Shown here: positions 9,002-18,321 of the stretch, piece after piece
Layout of the letters: the number at the start of each line of letters is the position of its first letter
How positions within the stretch are numbered: the first letter of the stretch is position 1
Source of the DNA: Candidatus Thermofontivivens primus
GTDB lineage: Bacteria > Sysuimicrobiota > Sysuimicrobiia > Sysuimicrobiales > Thermofontiviventaceae
Assembly: GCA_031458695.1 (NCBI GenBank)
Contig: JAVKJW010000007.1
Coordinates: forward strand, 28,219 to 92,218
Reading direction: 5' to 3'
Length of the DNA: 64,000 nt
Program-made: the position numbers and the translations under genes
Notes under the pieces: model-generated
Databases searched by the model: none
The model's input: only the letters and a program-made list of their open reading frames with translations
Told to the model about the DNA's origin: nothing

Positions 9002-9727
9002 ACGTTCACCGCCTCCCGAGGAGAGATCCTCTGCGATCGCCACAAGCCCGTGGGGGAACCGGATGAGGATGCGAGCTCGTCGGCTCTCGATCAGCCCTCG
9101 TTGCTCCCAGCGGGCAAGGATGCGGCTTGCGGTGTAGATGGTGGTTCCGGCCATCTCCGCGAGGTCCTGGCGGGAGAGGGGGAGGTCGATGAGAACTCCT
9201 CCTTCTACCTTCCGGCCGGACTGCCGAAGGAGGCGAAGGAGGGCGCGGGCGATCCTCTGCTCCACCCGTTCAGTGGCCATCTCCCTCAGCCGGTCCTGGA
9301 GCTCCTGGACGCGGTCTGCGAGGAGATGGAGGGCGTTTACCGCCAGACGGGGAAAGCTTTCCATGAGCCGGGACATCGTCTCCCCATCCCAGCACAGGGC
9401 CGTGCACTCCTCTACGGCCTGCGCCGAAACAGGGTAGGTCGCGTCCCCCAACGCCGCGATCCCCCCAAACATCTCTCCATCCCTGACAAAGCGCAGGAGC
9501 ACCTCCTGGCCCTCGGGCGTCGTCTGGGTCAATCGCACCCGGCCGCGGAGGAGGATGTAGAGGAACCTTGCTGGATCTCCTTGGTGGAAGAGGAACTCCC
9601 CTTTGGGGAAACGGCGGGTCCGCGCCCGATGGACGATCTCCTCGAGTTCCGGAAGGCTGAGGCCAGAGAACAGGGGAATCCCCTGGACAATGGAGAGATC
9701 GTGGGGAGGAATACCCGCAGTAGGCAT
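8993..9727 (-). CDS. Crp/Fnr-family transcriptional regulator (cNMP-binding fold plus C-terminal HTH)
   Basis: 244 aa: cNMP-binding-like domain (FHQGDPARFLYILLRGRVRL), then HTH (LSRQDLAEMAGTTIYTASRILARWEQRGLI). No N-terminal Cys cluster, so it is not an FNR-type Fe-S sensor; more like the Dnr/NnrR/CooA subgroup. Confidence 0.85.
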   Translation of the reverse strand: MPTAGIPPHDLSIVQGIPLFSGLSLPELEEIVHRARTRRFPKGEFLFHQGDPARFLYILLRGRVRLTQTTPEGQEVLLRFVRDGEMFGGIAALGDATYPVSAQAVEECTALCWDGETMSRLMESFPRLAVNALHLLADRVQELQDRLREMATERVEQRIARALLRLLRQSGRKVEGGVLIDLPLSRQDLAEMAGTTIYTASRILARWEQRGLIESRRARILIRFPHGLVAIAEDLSSGGGERLR

Positions 9728-9883
9728 GGGAACAGGCCTCTAGATTCCTTCTGTGCACATTATACCTAGCTGGGAGGAGGTTGCAAAGCAAGCCGGCAAG
9801 GAGAAATGCTCCACGGGCTCGTAATATAGGGTTATGTGCCCTGGCAAAAGCCTTTTTGCTGGGGTTACGGAGAGGTGAGGGGG

Positions 9884-10915
9884 ATGGAGGAGGTCGGTGA
9901 GGGGATCTTCCGCCTCCAGGTGGAGATGCCAGGCCCCCTTGGGTCTGTTAATTGCTTTCTTCTCGAGGGCGGAGGCGAAGTGGTGCTCGTGGACACAGGG
10001 CCGGATGTAGCCGTCTCCCGGCAAGCTCTCTTGCGGGAGCTGCGTGCCCTTGGGAAACGCCTCGAGGAGATCACCCGCATCCTCATCACCCATGGACACC
10101 CGGATCACTGCGGGTTCGCCAAGCGGGCCCGGCAGGACCACGGGATCCCCTTCTGGATCCACCCGCTGGATGCCGAGTATTACGCCAGGATGCACCGAGG
10201 AGAACTTACTCTCCAGGCCCAAACCTGGATCCGTCGCGAGGTACCTGAAGAAGCTGTCTCACAGATCGAGATGGGACTTTGGGGGATGATGGGGATCGTC
10301 CAAGAGGAGATCCCATGGGATTCCTGCGACATCCCAAGAGAGGTCCCCGATCAGAAACCCATGGTGTTCCATGTTGGCGAGATGGAGTGGAGAGTCTTCC
10401 ACACCCCCGGGCACTCCCCTGGGCACGTGTGCCTGTACGAGCCTCACCTTGGGATCCTCCTCAGCGGAGACCTTGTGCTCCCCCAGGAGACTCCCCACAT
10501 TGGGCTAGATGGGAGCAATTCAGGAGATCCCCTGGCCAACTACCTCGCCTCCCTTCACCTTCTGGAATCCCTCCCTGCGCGGCTCGTCCTGCCAGGCCAC
10601 GGGGAGCCTTTCCACGATTTGGGGGAGAGGATCCTCGAGCTCCGCGCCCATCATCAGGAGCGACTCCACCTGATCCTCGAGGCTGTGCGGGAAGGGGCTC
10701 AGGGGATCTACGAGGTAGCCCAGCGCATCCGCTGGACTCCAAAGAAAGTCTCCTTTGGAGAGTTGGATCCCATCAACCAGTTCCTGGCGCTCCAAGAGGC
10801 CGCAGCGCACCTGGAGCACCTCGTCGCAAGAAACTGCCTCCAGCGCATCCCCAGCGAGGGGCCCACGCGGTTCGTCTTCCTCACAGAGGAAGGTGTCCTG
10901 GGGAAAGGGCTGTGA
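9884..10915 (+). CDS. MBL-fold metallo-hydrolase
   Basis: HxHxDH motif (ITHGHPDHCGF), downstream His/Asp ligands (TPGHSPGHVC, LVLPGHGEPF) and a C-terminal helical domain. Start chosen at MEEVGEGIFRL. The 3' end overlaps convergent otsAB by about 35 nt. Confidence 0.75.
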   Translation: MEEVGEGIFRLQVEMPGPLGSVNCFLLEGGGEVVLVDTGPDVAVSRQALLRELRALGKRLEEITRILITHGHPDHCGFAKRARQDHGIPFWIHPLDAEYYARMHRGELTLQAQTWIRREVPEEAVSQIEMGLWGMMGIVQEEIPWDSCDIPREVPDQKPMVFHVGEMEWRVFHTPGHSPGHVCLYEPHLGILLSGDLVLPQETPHIGLDGSNSGDPLANYLASLHLLESLPARLVLPGHGEPFHDLGERILELRAHHQERLHLILEAVREGAQGIYEVAQRIRWTPKKVSFGELDPINQFLALQEAAAHLEHLVARNCLQRIPSEGPTRFVFLTEEGVLGKGL

Positions 10916-13106
10916 GGTGCGCAAGCAGATTCTGCGCTTCCGAGGGATCCCTCAAGGAGAATTTTGCCTGTGAAGGGGCAAGACCTACCCGGATCGTGAA
11001 GGCTTCCTGCGGGAGGCTAGCGAACAGGTCCTCGTCCGCCCGGTCATCCCCCATCGCCAGGATGAAATCGGACGGCGTCTTGTGGAGGAAGTACAGCGCA
11101 GCCCTCCCCTTGTCCACCCCAATGGGCCGGACCTCTACCACCTTGTTCCCGTGGAGTACCTGGACATCGACATGGGTGGTCGCACGGAGGAGGGTATCGA
11201 TCAACTCTTTCGCTCGCATCGAGGCCACCTCAGGATCCGCCAAGCGGTAGTGCCAGGCCAAAGCGTACTCTTTCTCCTCCACAAAGGCCCCGGGAACGTA
11301 TTCTGCGTAGCTGTGGAGGAGGGAGAGGAGGTGGGGTTTCCAATCGTTTGTCACGGGGCTCAGCAGGCGCCACCCCTCCCCGCGCTCTTTGATCCAAACC
11401 CCGTGCTCTGCAACGAGGGCGACATCGAGCGTGCCAAACCAGCGATCGAGGGTCTCCCTGTCCCGGCCGCTTGTCAGCACCACCTGATTGCGGGGATCTC
11501 TACTGAGCTCCTGGAGGAGCGCCAAAAGTTCTCCAGGAGGTCTCGCTTGAGAAGGATCGCCTGTGTAAGGGACGAGGGTGCCATCGTAATCCAGGAACAG
11601 GACCCTCCGCTGGGCACCATGGTAGGCCCGAACCACCTGCGCTTTCTCCTGGGGATCCAGGGAGCGAGCCTGGAATCGCGCTTGTTCTCTGTGGAAGGTG
11701 AGCAAGGAGTGCAGGAAGTCGCTGGCCCAGCGCACCACATCATACCGCTTCAGGCGCTCCTGCATCACCTGGATCCTCCGGATCTGCTCTTCTTCCGGCA
11801 TCTCCAGGGCTTCCCCGATAGCTGTAGCGATCTCCTCCACGTGGGTCGGGTTGATGAGGATCGCCTCGCGGAGCTCGTGGGCGGCGCCAGCTGTCTCACT
11901 GAGGATCAGCACCCCTCCCCCATCCCTCCTGCTCGCCACGTACTCCTTAGCGATGAGGTTCATCCCGTCCCTGAGTGGGGTCACCAGGGCGATGTCGCTG
12001 GCTGTATAAAGGGCAGCCAGGGAGTGGAAGGGCAGGTAGGTATACTGGTACATAATGGGTGCCCAGCCGATGGTCCCGAACCTGCCGTTGATTTTTCCCA
12101 CAAGCTCGTCGATCTGCCTCTTGGTCCGCCGGTAGTGCTCTACACCCACACGGGAGGGGACGACGACCATGAGCAACACAACCTTCCCATGCCACCTGGG
12201 GTTCCTCTCCAGGAACCGCTCGTAGCCCTGCAAGCGGTTGAGAACGCCCTTGGAGTAGTCCAGCCGATCCACGGAGAGGATCACCTTAAGACCACCAAGC
12301 CGCTCTTTGAGCTTCCCCCTCTCCATCTGGACCTCCGGGCGTTCCCCAGCTTCGAAGAACCTCTGGAAGTGGATCCCCATGGGGAAGGTGCCCGCCTGCA
12401 CAAGGCGGTCGCCCACAGCAATCCTACCCATGGTGTGCGTGTACCCCAAGAACCGGAGGACGCATCGGAGGAAGTCGTAGGTGTACTCGTGGGTGTGGAA
12501 TCCTATAAGGTCTGCACCGAGCAACCCTTCGAGGATCTCGCCCCGCCACCGGCTGGGGAGGAGGCGGAAGAGCTCGAAAGATGGGAAGGGGATGTGCAGG
12601 AAGAACCCAATGGGCACACCTGGCGCGCGCTCCCGCAAAAGCTTGGGAAGGAGCATGAGGTGATAGTCGTGGACCCACACCACGTCCTCTGGCCCGAGGA
12701 TCTCCACGACCGCCTCACAGAACTTCTCGTTGACGCGCTTGTAGTGGTTCCACAGCTCCTCTTCGTACACCGCATAGGAGGGGAAATAGTGGAAGAGCGG
12801 CCAGATGGTCCTGTTGCAAAAGCCCAGGTAAAACTTCTCCATCTCCTCCTCGGAGAGAAAGACGGGGTAGGCACGGGACCGCTCCAGGAGAGATGACCGC
12901 AACCACCCCCGGTCCCCCTCTGGAACAGCGATCCCCGGCCAGCCGACCCAGATGTACTCCTGCTGGGTAAATGGAGATTCCCTAAGTGAGTCCAGGTAGG
13001 CGCTCAGCCCGGAGACAAGGCCCCCAGCACTTGCCTGGAAACGGAGCTTCCCCTCCCTCTCGACGACGGTGACAGGGAGCCGGTTGGACACCACAAGGAG
13101 TCTCAT
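10881..13106 (-). CDS. otsAB: Bifunctional trehalose-6-phosphate synthase / trehalose-6-phosphate phosphatase (OtsA-OtsB fusion)
   Basis: N-terminal GT20 domain (MRLLVVSNRLPV, GGLVSGL, the HDYHLMLLP region). C-terminal HAD phosphatase (VLFLDYDGTLVP, AMGDDRADEDLF). The long 828-aa ORF is trimmed to the MRLLVVSNR start at 13106. Confidence 0.85.
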   Translation of the reverse strand: MRLLVVSNRLPVTVVEREGKLRFQASAGGLVSGLSAYLDSLRESPFTQQEYIWVGWPGIAVPEGDRGWLRSSLLERSRAYPVFLSEEEMEKFYLGFCNRTIWPLFHYFPSYAVYEEELWNHYKRVNEKFCEAVVEILGPEDVVWVHDYHLMLLPKLLRERAPGVPIGFFLHIPFPSFELFRLLPSRWRGEILEGLLGADLIGFHTHEYTYDFLRCVLRFLGYTHTMGRIAVGDRLVQAGTFPMGIHFQRFFEAGERPEVQMERGKLKERLGGLKVILSVDRLDYSKGVLNRLQGYERFLERNPRWHGKVVLLMVVVPSRVGVEHYRRTKRQIDELVGKINGRFGTIGWAPIMYQYTYLPFHSLAALYTASDIALVTPLRDGMNLIAKEYVASRRDGGGVLILSETAGAAHELREAILINPTHVEEIATAIGEALEMPEEEQIRRIQVMQERLKRYDVVRWASDFLHSLLTFHREQARFQARSLDPQEKAQVVRAYHGAQRRVLFLDYDGTLVPYTGDPSQARPPGELLALLQELSRDPRNQVVLTSGRDRETLDRWFGTLDVALVAEHGVWIKERGEGWRLLSPVTNDWKPHLLSLLHSYAEYVPGAFVEEKEYALAWHYRLADPEVASMRAKELIDTLLRATTHVDVQVLHGNKVVEVRPIGVDKGRAALYFLHKTPSDFILAMGDDRADEDLFASLPQEAFTIRVGLAPSQAKFSLRDPSEAQNLLAHLTALSPGHLPL

Positions 13107-13200
13107 CGTTCCCCTAAGATCTTCCCCGTTATGAGACCTTCTCCCTCTCCTCTCGCTAAGCCCCTCACCAAAGCCACTTCTGAGGATCTTGAACCCTCCT

Positions 13201-14334
13201 TCATACCGTGGCTGCCTCCTCGTCTGCGAAGATATTTCCCTCAAAGCGGCGGTTTTCGACAGAAGGAGGGCGGAGGAGCTCGATCCGGAAGAGGCTAGAG
13301 AAGTACCACGGCCTGTCCGGGCGCACGCGGATGGGGAGCCAGCTCCAGGCACGCATGGTCTCGACATAACCCCAAGTCACATAGCTGTTGAAGTCCTCGC
13401 GGATATCGGTGATCACCGCTCCGGATTCAAGGAGGAACCTTTGGATCTGCGCCCATTTCTCCAGACTGGATTCTGCGTGGGTGAGCCCGAAGTATCCTGC
13501 GCTCCCCACCCCCCGTACAGCCAGGAGCCCCCGCTCAATGAAGGCACAGAACCCGGCGAAGCTTTCCGTGGGATCGCAAAGGAAGGTATCAAACCTCCCC
13601 CGCCACTCGTGGGGGAGCGGGTCCCGGATGTCGTACCGGGTGGCCTCCAGCATATCAAGCCCTTCCACCCGCGCGACCTCCCGGATGAACCGGATCAGCC
13701 GGTCGTCGATGTCTACGACTAGCACCCTGGAAGGCGCGCCTGTCAGAGCGGCGGCCACGCTCACCAGATCATCGTCCCCGATGACCAGGATCTCCTTCCC
13801 AGAAAGGTCCCCCCGGGCCAACGCAAAGGCCACCCGGGCCAGCGTCGTCTCCTCAGTGACGTATCCCTGATCATAGACCTGAAGGGCTTCCGGGCGGCCG
13901 CGGCTGATCTCCCGGAACCGCTCGACGACCTCTCGGGGAAGCCTAGCGAAGTCCACCCCTCTTCCCTCACAGGAATCGCAAGAAGCCTCCCATGCTGGAG
14001 CAATGCAAAGGTTGGAGGCAAGCTCCCTCCCGGCCTCAGTGAGAGAGAGGCGACCGTCCTGGACCGCGAGGAGGTCTTTCTCCTCGAGACGAGACCAGAA
14101 GGCGCAGAGAAAGCGCATCGGGACGCGGCTGAGCCGGACAGCCTCCCACATTTCCTCCGTGCTCAGAAGAGCGGCAAGGGCCCTTTCGGCGTCCCTGTGG
14201 GTGAACGGGATGGGCGCATCGGATCTCACCGAATCCAGGATCTCTGCCAGCATCTCTCTCGCCTTTGGGGGAGTGAGAGGTTCTCCTTTTCCTACCCTCT
14301 GGAGAACAACCGTGCTCCTGCGCATTTCCCTCAC
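13201..14334 (-). CDS. bpsA: N4-bis(aminopropyl)spermidine synthase-like (branched-chain polyamine synthase, DUF43/BpsA family)
   Basis: 377 aa. Central methyltransferase-like fold (KEILVIGDDDLVSVAAAL, RVLVVDIDDRLI) and the overall length match the BpsA/DUF43 family known from Thermus/Thermococcus. Assignment by motif recall only. Confidence 0.55.
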   Translation of the reverse strand: MREMRRSTVVLQRVGKGEPLTPPKAREMLAEILDSVRSDAPIPFTHRDAERALAALLSTEEMWEAVRLSRVPMRFLCAFWSRLEEKDLLAVQDGRLSLTEAGRELASNLCIAPAWEASCDSCEGRGVDFARLPREVVERFREISRGRPEALQVYDQGYVTEETTLARVAFALARGDLSGKEILVIGDDDLVSVAAALTGAPSRVLVVDIDDRLIRFIREVARVEGLDMLEATRYDIRDPLPHEWRGRFDTFLCDPTESFAGFCAFIERGLLAVRGVGSAGYFGLTHAESSLEKWAQIQRFLLESGAVITDIREDFNSYVTWGYVETMRAWSWLPIRVRPDRPWYFSSLFRIELLRPPSVENRRFEGNIFADEEAATV

Positions 14335-14706
14335 CTCCTTGCTCCAACCTTTTTGCGGGCGAGCGCCTCAGAGAACCGCCCATAGAGGAACGGTTGAGGC
14401 CGGGACCAGGGAAGGTTTCTTCCGCCAAGCCTCCGGCCTAACCCTCCGGACCAATGTCGCCGGATTCCTCTCACATCAAGGGCCGATCCACGCTCGCCTA
14501 GGATGCCAAAGGGAGTAAGGGCCGCGCAGTGCGCGCCCCATAAATAGGCTAGGCGGATTCCCTCCCCAGGTCAAGGGTGAGCTCTGGGTGTTCACCGCAA
14601 GGCTTTTGGTGTCAAGATCCTCCTGACAACCTTTCTCGGGATCCAGGCCATAGGCCTCGAAGAGGAGACCTTTGCCTCTCCGGCTGGGTCCTGCCGTGCA
14701 CTCTCC

Positions 14707-16077
14707 TCAGGGGTCAACCCGCGCTCCTGTGTCCTGGAGGCGCAGCTGGATGAGACCGACGAGCTCCTTCCGCCGAATCAAGAAATGGGGTGTGAGCCGG
14801 TATTCCACTGCCACGGCCGCTGTCACACCGGCGGCCTCCCCCATCGCCATGGTCGTCGGCACGACCCGGGCGGAGCCAGCTGCCTGGTAGGTTGCAGAGA
14901 ACGCCCGGCTGGCCACAAGGAGGTTGTCGATCCCACGGACGATCAAGCTCCGCAGGGGGATGGTGTAGATCCTTCGCTTTGGGGCAAAGGGGGAACGTTC
15001 CCCCGGCTTATAAGGGTGCAAGTCGATGGGATAGGAGGCAACCGCGATCCTGTCCCAGAAGATCCTGTGGGTCAAGATGTCTCCCGCGCTGAGGACATAC
15101 AGCCCCTTGATGTGCCGCGTCTCCCGGATATACAACTCCGGCGCCACCTCGATGAGGTAGGCGCTCTCGAACCCCGGGGCATGGTCCCGCAGGTAGGAGA
15201 CGAAGGCTGGCACGAGGCGTTTGGCCCGGGTGTAGGCGTCCTTCCGGGAAGCGCGGCTCGTCCCGTCCACGCCAAAGAGTTGCAGGGAGTTCACCCAGAC
15301 GGTCCCGTCCGGCTGGCGGCCCAGGTTGAGGTCTACCGCCGCGATCTTGGGATCGGGCGAACGAAACCCCTTCACGACCTCGCGGTAGCCCCACGCGTAC
15401 CCGAAGCGGACCCCGCCGCGGCGGAACGGCTTGTCCTTCTTGCGGATGTAATCGGTCACCGCCGCCCAGTCCACGCCTCCAACGCGGAACACGAGCGTGG
15501 CGGCCTGCATCAACCGGTCAATCCCGGATTCCTCCCGTCCCAGGGTATATTCGGCCCCAGCGGCGGCCGCGAAGTCCCCATCGTCCGTTGCATCGATGGT
15601 CACAGGGGCCAGGATCATCCATCGCCTGCCCCGGTGTTGGACAATCGATCCCAGGACTGCATTCCCCTTCCGCACCGGATGGAGGAACTGGGTACTGAGG
15701 TAAACCCGGATCCTCCTTTCAGAAGCGACCTTGCGCGCAAAGAACTCTCGCGCGGCCCGGGGGTCGAAGGTCAACCCCAGCGCGCGGAACACTTCCGCGA
15801 AGATCCCCTCTACGAGGTTGCCTCCGTCGTCCCTGTGGTTGAGATCGAAGGTGTTGAGCATCGCACCTGTCAGGACCGTCCCGAGGAAAGGCCTGGGTTC
15901 GATGAGGACGACAGATCGCCCTTGCCGCGCTGCAGCGAGTGCAGCCGCGATCCCTCCCGGGCTCCCCCCAACGACCAGGACGTCTGCACGCTCCGGAACT
16001 TGGTAGACAGCGGGTTGGGCCAGGAGGGGGAGGGCGAGGGTGAATACCAGGATCAAGAGCAAAACCACCCTTCTCAT
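14707..16077 (-). CDS. Secreted FAD-dependent oxidoreductase (FAD_oxidored / GIDA-like fold)
   Basis: Signal-peptide-like N-terminus (MRRVVLLLILVFTLALPLLAQP) followed by an FAD Rossmann motif (VLVVGGSPGGIAAALAAARQG). Confidence 0.65.
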   Translation of the reverse strand: MRRVVLLLILVFTLALPLLAQPAVYQVPERADVLVVGGSPGGIAAALAAARQGRSVVLIEPRPFLGTVLTGAMLNTFDLNHRDDGGNLVEGIFAEVFRALGLTFDPRAAREFFARKVASERRIRVYLSTQFLHPVRKGNAVLGSIVQHRGRRWMILAPVTIDATDDGDFAAAAGAEYTLGREESGIDRLMQAATLVFRVGGVDWAAVTDYIRKKDKPFRRGGVRFGYAWGYREVVKGFRSPDPKIAAVDLNLGRQPDGTVWVNSLQLFGVDGTSRASRKDAYTRAKRLVPAFVSYLRDHAPGFESAYLIEVAPELYIRETRHIKGLYVLSAGDILTHRIFWDRIAVASYPIDLHPYKPGERSPFAPKRRIYTIPLRSLIVRGIDNLLVASRAFSATYQAAGSARVVPTTMAMGEAAGVTAAVAVEYRLTPHFLIRRKELVGLIQLRLQDTGARVDP

Positions 16078-16191
16078 CCTCGTTGCAAGTCCCCCCTGAG
16101 GTCTCTAGCGCCCATCTTGCTCGGGAGGTTCCAACCGCACTCCATCAGCCCACGGGTTCCCTGCCATCCAAGAAAGCGAGAGAACGCGATA

Positions 16192-16689
16192 TCAGATCTT
16201 CGGCGTGGGAAGTTCCCAGGTAGGCGCGTGCTCCCGCTTGTACACCATGATCGTGCGCTTGAACTCGATCACCACCACCCCATCCTGGTTGAACCCAATG
16301 GTCCTCACCTTTACGATGCCCATGTGTGGGCGAGATCTCGACTCCCGTTTTTCCAGTACCTCGCTCTGAGCATAAATGGTATCCCCCTCGAAGACAGGAT
16401 GCGGCAGGCGGACCTCCTCCCAACCCAGGTTGATGGCGTTTTGGGAGATATCGGCAACTGTAAGCCCCGTCACAATCGCAAGGGTGAGCGTAGAGTCCAC
16501 AAGCGGCCTTCCGAACTCCGTTCTGGAGGCGTACACTTGGTCGAAGTGGATGGGGTTGGTGTTCACCGTGAGCAGGGTGAACCAAATGTTGTCCGTCTGG
16601 GTGATGGTACGTCCAATGGGGTGGCGGTACACCTCGCCAACGACGAAGTCCTCGTAGAACCTTCCCTGCCTCATCTTCTGGCCCTGCAT
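16192..16689 (-). CDS. MaoC-like (R)-specific enoyl-CoA hydratase/dehydratase (hot-dog fold)
   Basis: About 165 aa. The hot-dog fold motifs (FTLLTVNTNPIHFD, PVFEGDTIYAQSEVLEKRES, GIVKVRT) are typical of MaoC dehydratases (mesaconyl-/itaconyl-CoA hydratase class). Confidence 0.75.
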   Translation of the reverse strand: MQGQKMRQGRFYEDFVVGEVYRHPIGRTITQTDNIWFTLLTVNTNPIHFDQVYASRTEFGRPLVDSTLTLAIVTGLTVADISQNAINLGWEEVRLPHPVFEGDTIYAQSEVLEKRESRSRPHMGIVKVRTIGFNQDGVVVIEFKRTIMVYKREHAPTWELPTPKI

Positions 16690-16853
16690 GCCCAGATCCC
16701 TTCCCTTCCAGGAGATCATGGATTTCCCGGGTGAACAGCTTGCCTCGCGTGCATTCTACAAAGCACCTCTTTTGAGGAAAGCATCTTTCGAGGGATTCAC
16801 GACCCTTTCCTGTCAGCACCGCGGAAATCCCACGGAGATCTTTGTGCGGTCCC

Positions 16854-18080
16854 TCAGGTGGATGCGCGTGCCTGCTCGCAAGATGCGCTCCCGAGAACAA
16901 TCCCTACCCCGACCAGCGCGACGAGGCCCAGGGAGCTGAACGCCCACCCCCACCCCCCGAAGGCATCCAGAAGGAAGCCAAAGAGGGCTGGGGAGATGGC
17001 GCTTGCGGCGAAACCCAGCGAGGATTGGATGGCTAGGGTGGTTCCAAGTGCCTCCGGGTCCGCGGATTCGGCGACGGCAGTAGAGAGGGTGCTAGACTCT
17101 GCAGTGACGAGGAGGCCGTAAAGGGTAGCGAGGGGCAAGATGACGCGCAGACCATACGGCAGGAGCCAACCGACGCTCAACGAACAGGCCGCTGAGGCGG
17201 TCAGGAAAAGGACGATAGTAGGCCGTCGCCCGAGGTGATCCGAAAGCCATCCTCCCGTGGCGTTGGAGATCGCGCTGGCCACGAGCACCAATCCGCCAAA
17301 GGCGGAGGCGCGTGCCGTCGCCTGGCCAAGAGGAACGTGGGCGGCCACCCAGCCCGCGGTGAGGAAACTGGGGAGCCAAGCCCGCATCCCAAAGAGCTCC
17401 CAGTTGTGCGCGGCGTAGGCAAGGGAGAAGCGGAGGGCGCGCGCGTTCTGGAGAGCCTGGCGGAAGGGAATCCGGCGGGCACGGAGGGGTCGGATATCGA
17501 ACACCACGGACCAAGCGATCACTGAGGCCGCCAAGGGCCCTAGACCACTTATCATGAACGCCATGCGCCATCCCCGTCGGAGCAACAGGGATGTCGCAAA
17601 CAGCGACGCCGCAGCTCCGAGGCTGAAAGCGCTGATATACATCCCCATGGCAGCTCCTCTCCGTCCTGGGGGAGCTCGCTCGACAACAAGGCGCATGCCA
17701 GGTACGTATGTCCCCGCTAACCCAATGCCGCACAGGATGCGAAAGAATGCAGCGGATCGAAAGTCGTTCGCCAGGAGTGCGAAAAGTAGACTCGCCAATC
17801 CGTTCAACACCGAGGAGAAGAGATAGATCCTCCGCACGCCGACGAGGTCTGTCAGGGAACTCAGGACGAGGACGGCCACCGTGTAACCGATCTGCTGCAT
17901 GGCGAAGACCCCTCCTGCCTGTGCACCCGTCATACGCCATTCCACGCGCAGGAGCGGGAGGGTCCCGGAGTACGTACCGAAGGTGAGCATCGTTCCTAGT
18001 TCCGCCAAGGAAAGCCACAAAAGCCAGGGAGTGAACCGCACCGTCTTGGAACCAGTACAGCCCGCCGTTCTCATGGCCAA
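16854..18080 (-). CDS. MFS transporter
   Basis: 408 aa with about 12 TM segments and an MFS motif (the GIGLAGTYVPGMRLVVERAPPGRRGAAMG region). Confidence 0.75.
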   Translation of the reverse strand: MAMRTAGCTGSKTVRFTPWLLWLSLAELGTMLTFGTYSGTLPLLRVEWRMTGAQAGGVFAMQQIGYTVAVLVLSSLTDLVGVRRIYLFSSVLNGLASLLFALLANDFRSAAFFRILCGIGLAGTYVPGMRLVVERAPPGRRGAAMGMYISAFSLGAAASLFATSLLLRRGWRMAFMISGLGPLAASVIAWSVVFDIRPLRARRIPFRQALQNARALRFSLAYAAHNWELFGMRAWLPSFLTAGWVAAHVPLGQATARASAFGGLVLVASAISNATGGWLSDHLGRRPTIVLFLTASAACSLSVGWLLPYGLRVILPLATLYGLLVTAESSTLSTAVAESADPEALGTTLAIQSSLGFAASAISPALFGFLLDAFGGWGWAFSSLGLVALVGVGIVLGSASCEQARAST

Positions 18081-18246
18081 ACCCTTATGCCTTCCTAGTC
18101 CCTGGGACCAATCCCAAGCGCCACGTACGCAGAGGATTACGACATGAAAAGACTTCTCTCCTGTGCCATTACCTCAAAGGCAAACGTTCCTGGTCAGCGA
18201 GCCGCCAGAAGCGCGCATTGTAACGGGTAGGAGCTCTTTCCTTGAG

Positions 18247-18293
18247 GCTATTAACAGGTGCTATTGACAGGTGCAGAGGTAGTGTTTTAGAAT
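18247..18293 (+). promoter_or_regulatory. Sigma70-like promoter (TTGACA-N18-TAGAAT) overlapped by a 13-bp tandem direct repeat GCTATT(A/G)ACAGGT x2
   Basis: -35 TTGACA at 18264-18269 and -10 TAGAAT at 18288-18293, with an 18-nt spacer. The direct repeats at 18247-18259 and 18260-18272 are a candidate operator for the adjacent IclR regulator. The region is divergent from the MFS gene. Confidence 0.5.
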
Positions 18294-18321
18294 GTTTCAC
18301 AAAGAAGACTACTATGCCACA

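Noticed and set aside
10279-11250. 323-aa plus-strand ORF rich in Pro/Arg/Gly
   Set aside because: It lies entirely antisense to the well-supported otsAB gene. The composition is a typical high-GC antisense-frame artefact and there is no motif.
11082-12896. 604-aa plus-strand ORF
   Set aside because: Antisense to the otsAB GT20 domain. Low-complexity, proline-rich, with no RBS. The opposite strand carries unmistakable OtsA motifs.
14785-16734. 649-aa plus-strand ORF
   Set aside because: Antisense to the secreted FAD oxidoreductase and MaoC genes. Arg/Pro/Gly-rich artefact of high GC.
17092-18018. 308-aa minus-strand ORF
   Set aside because: Alternative frame inside the MFS transporter gene. 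Arg/Pro-rich composition.
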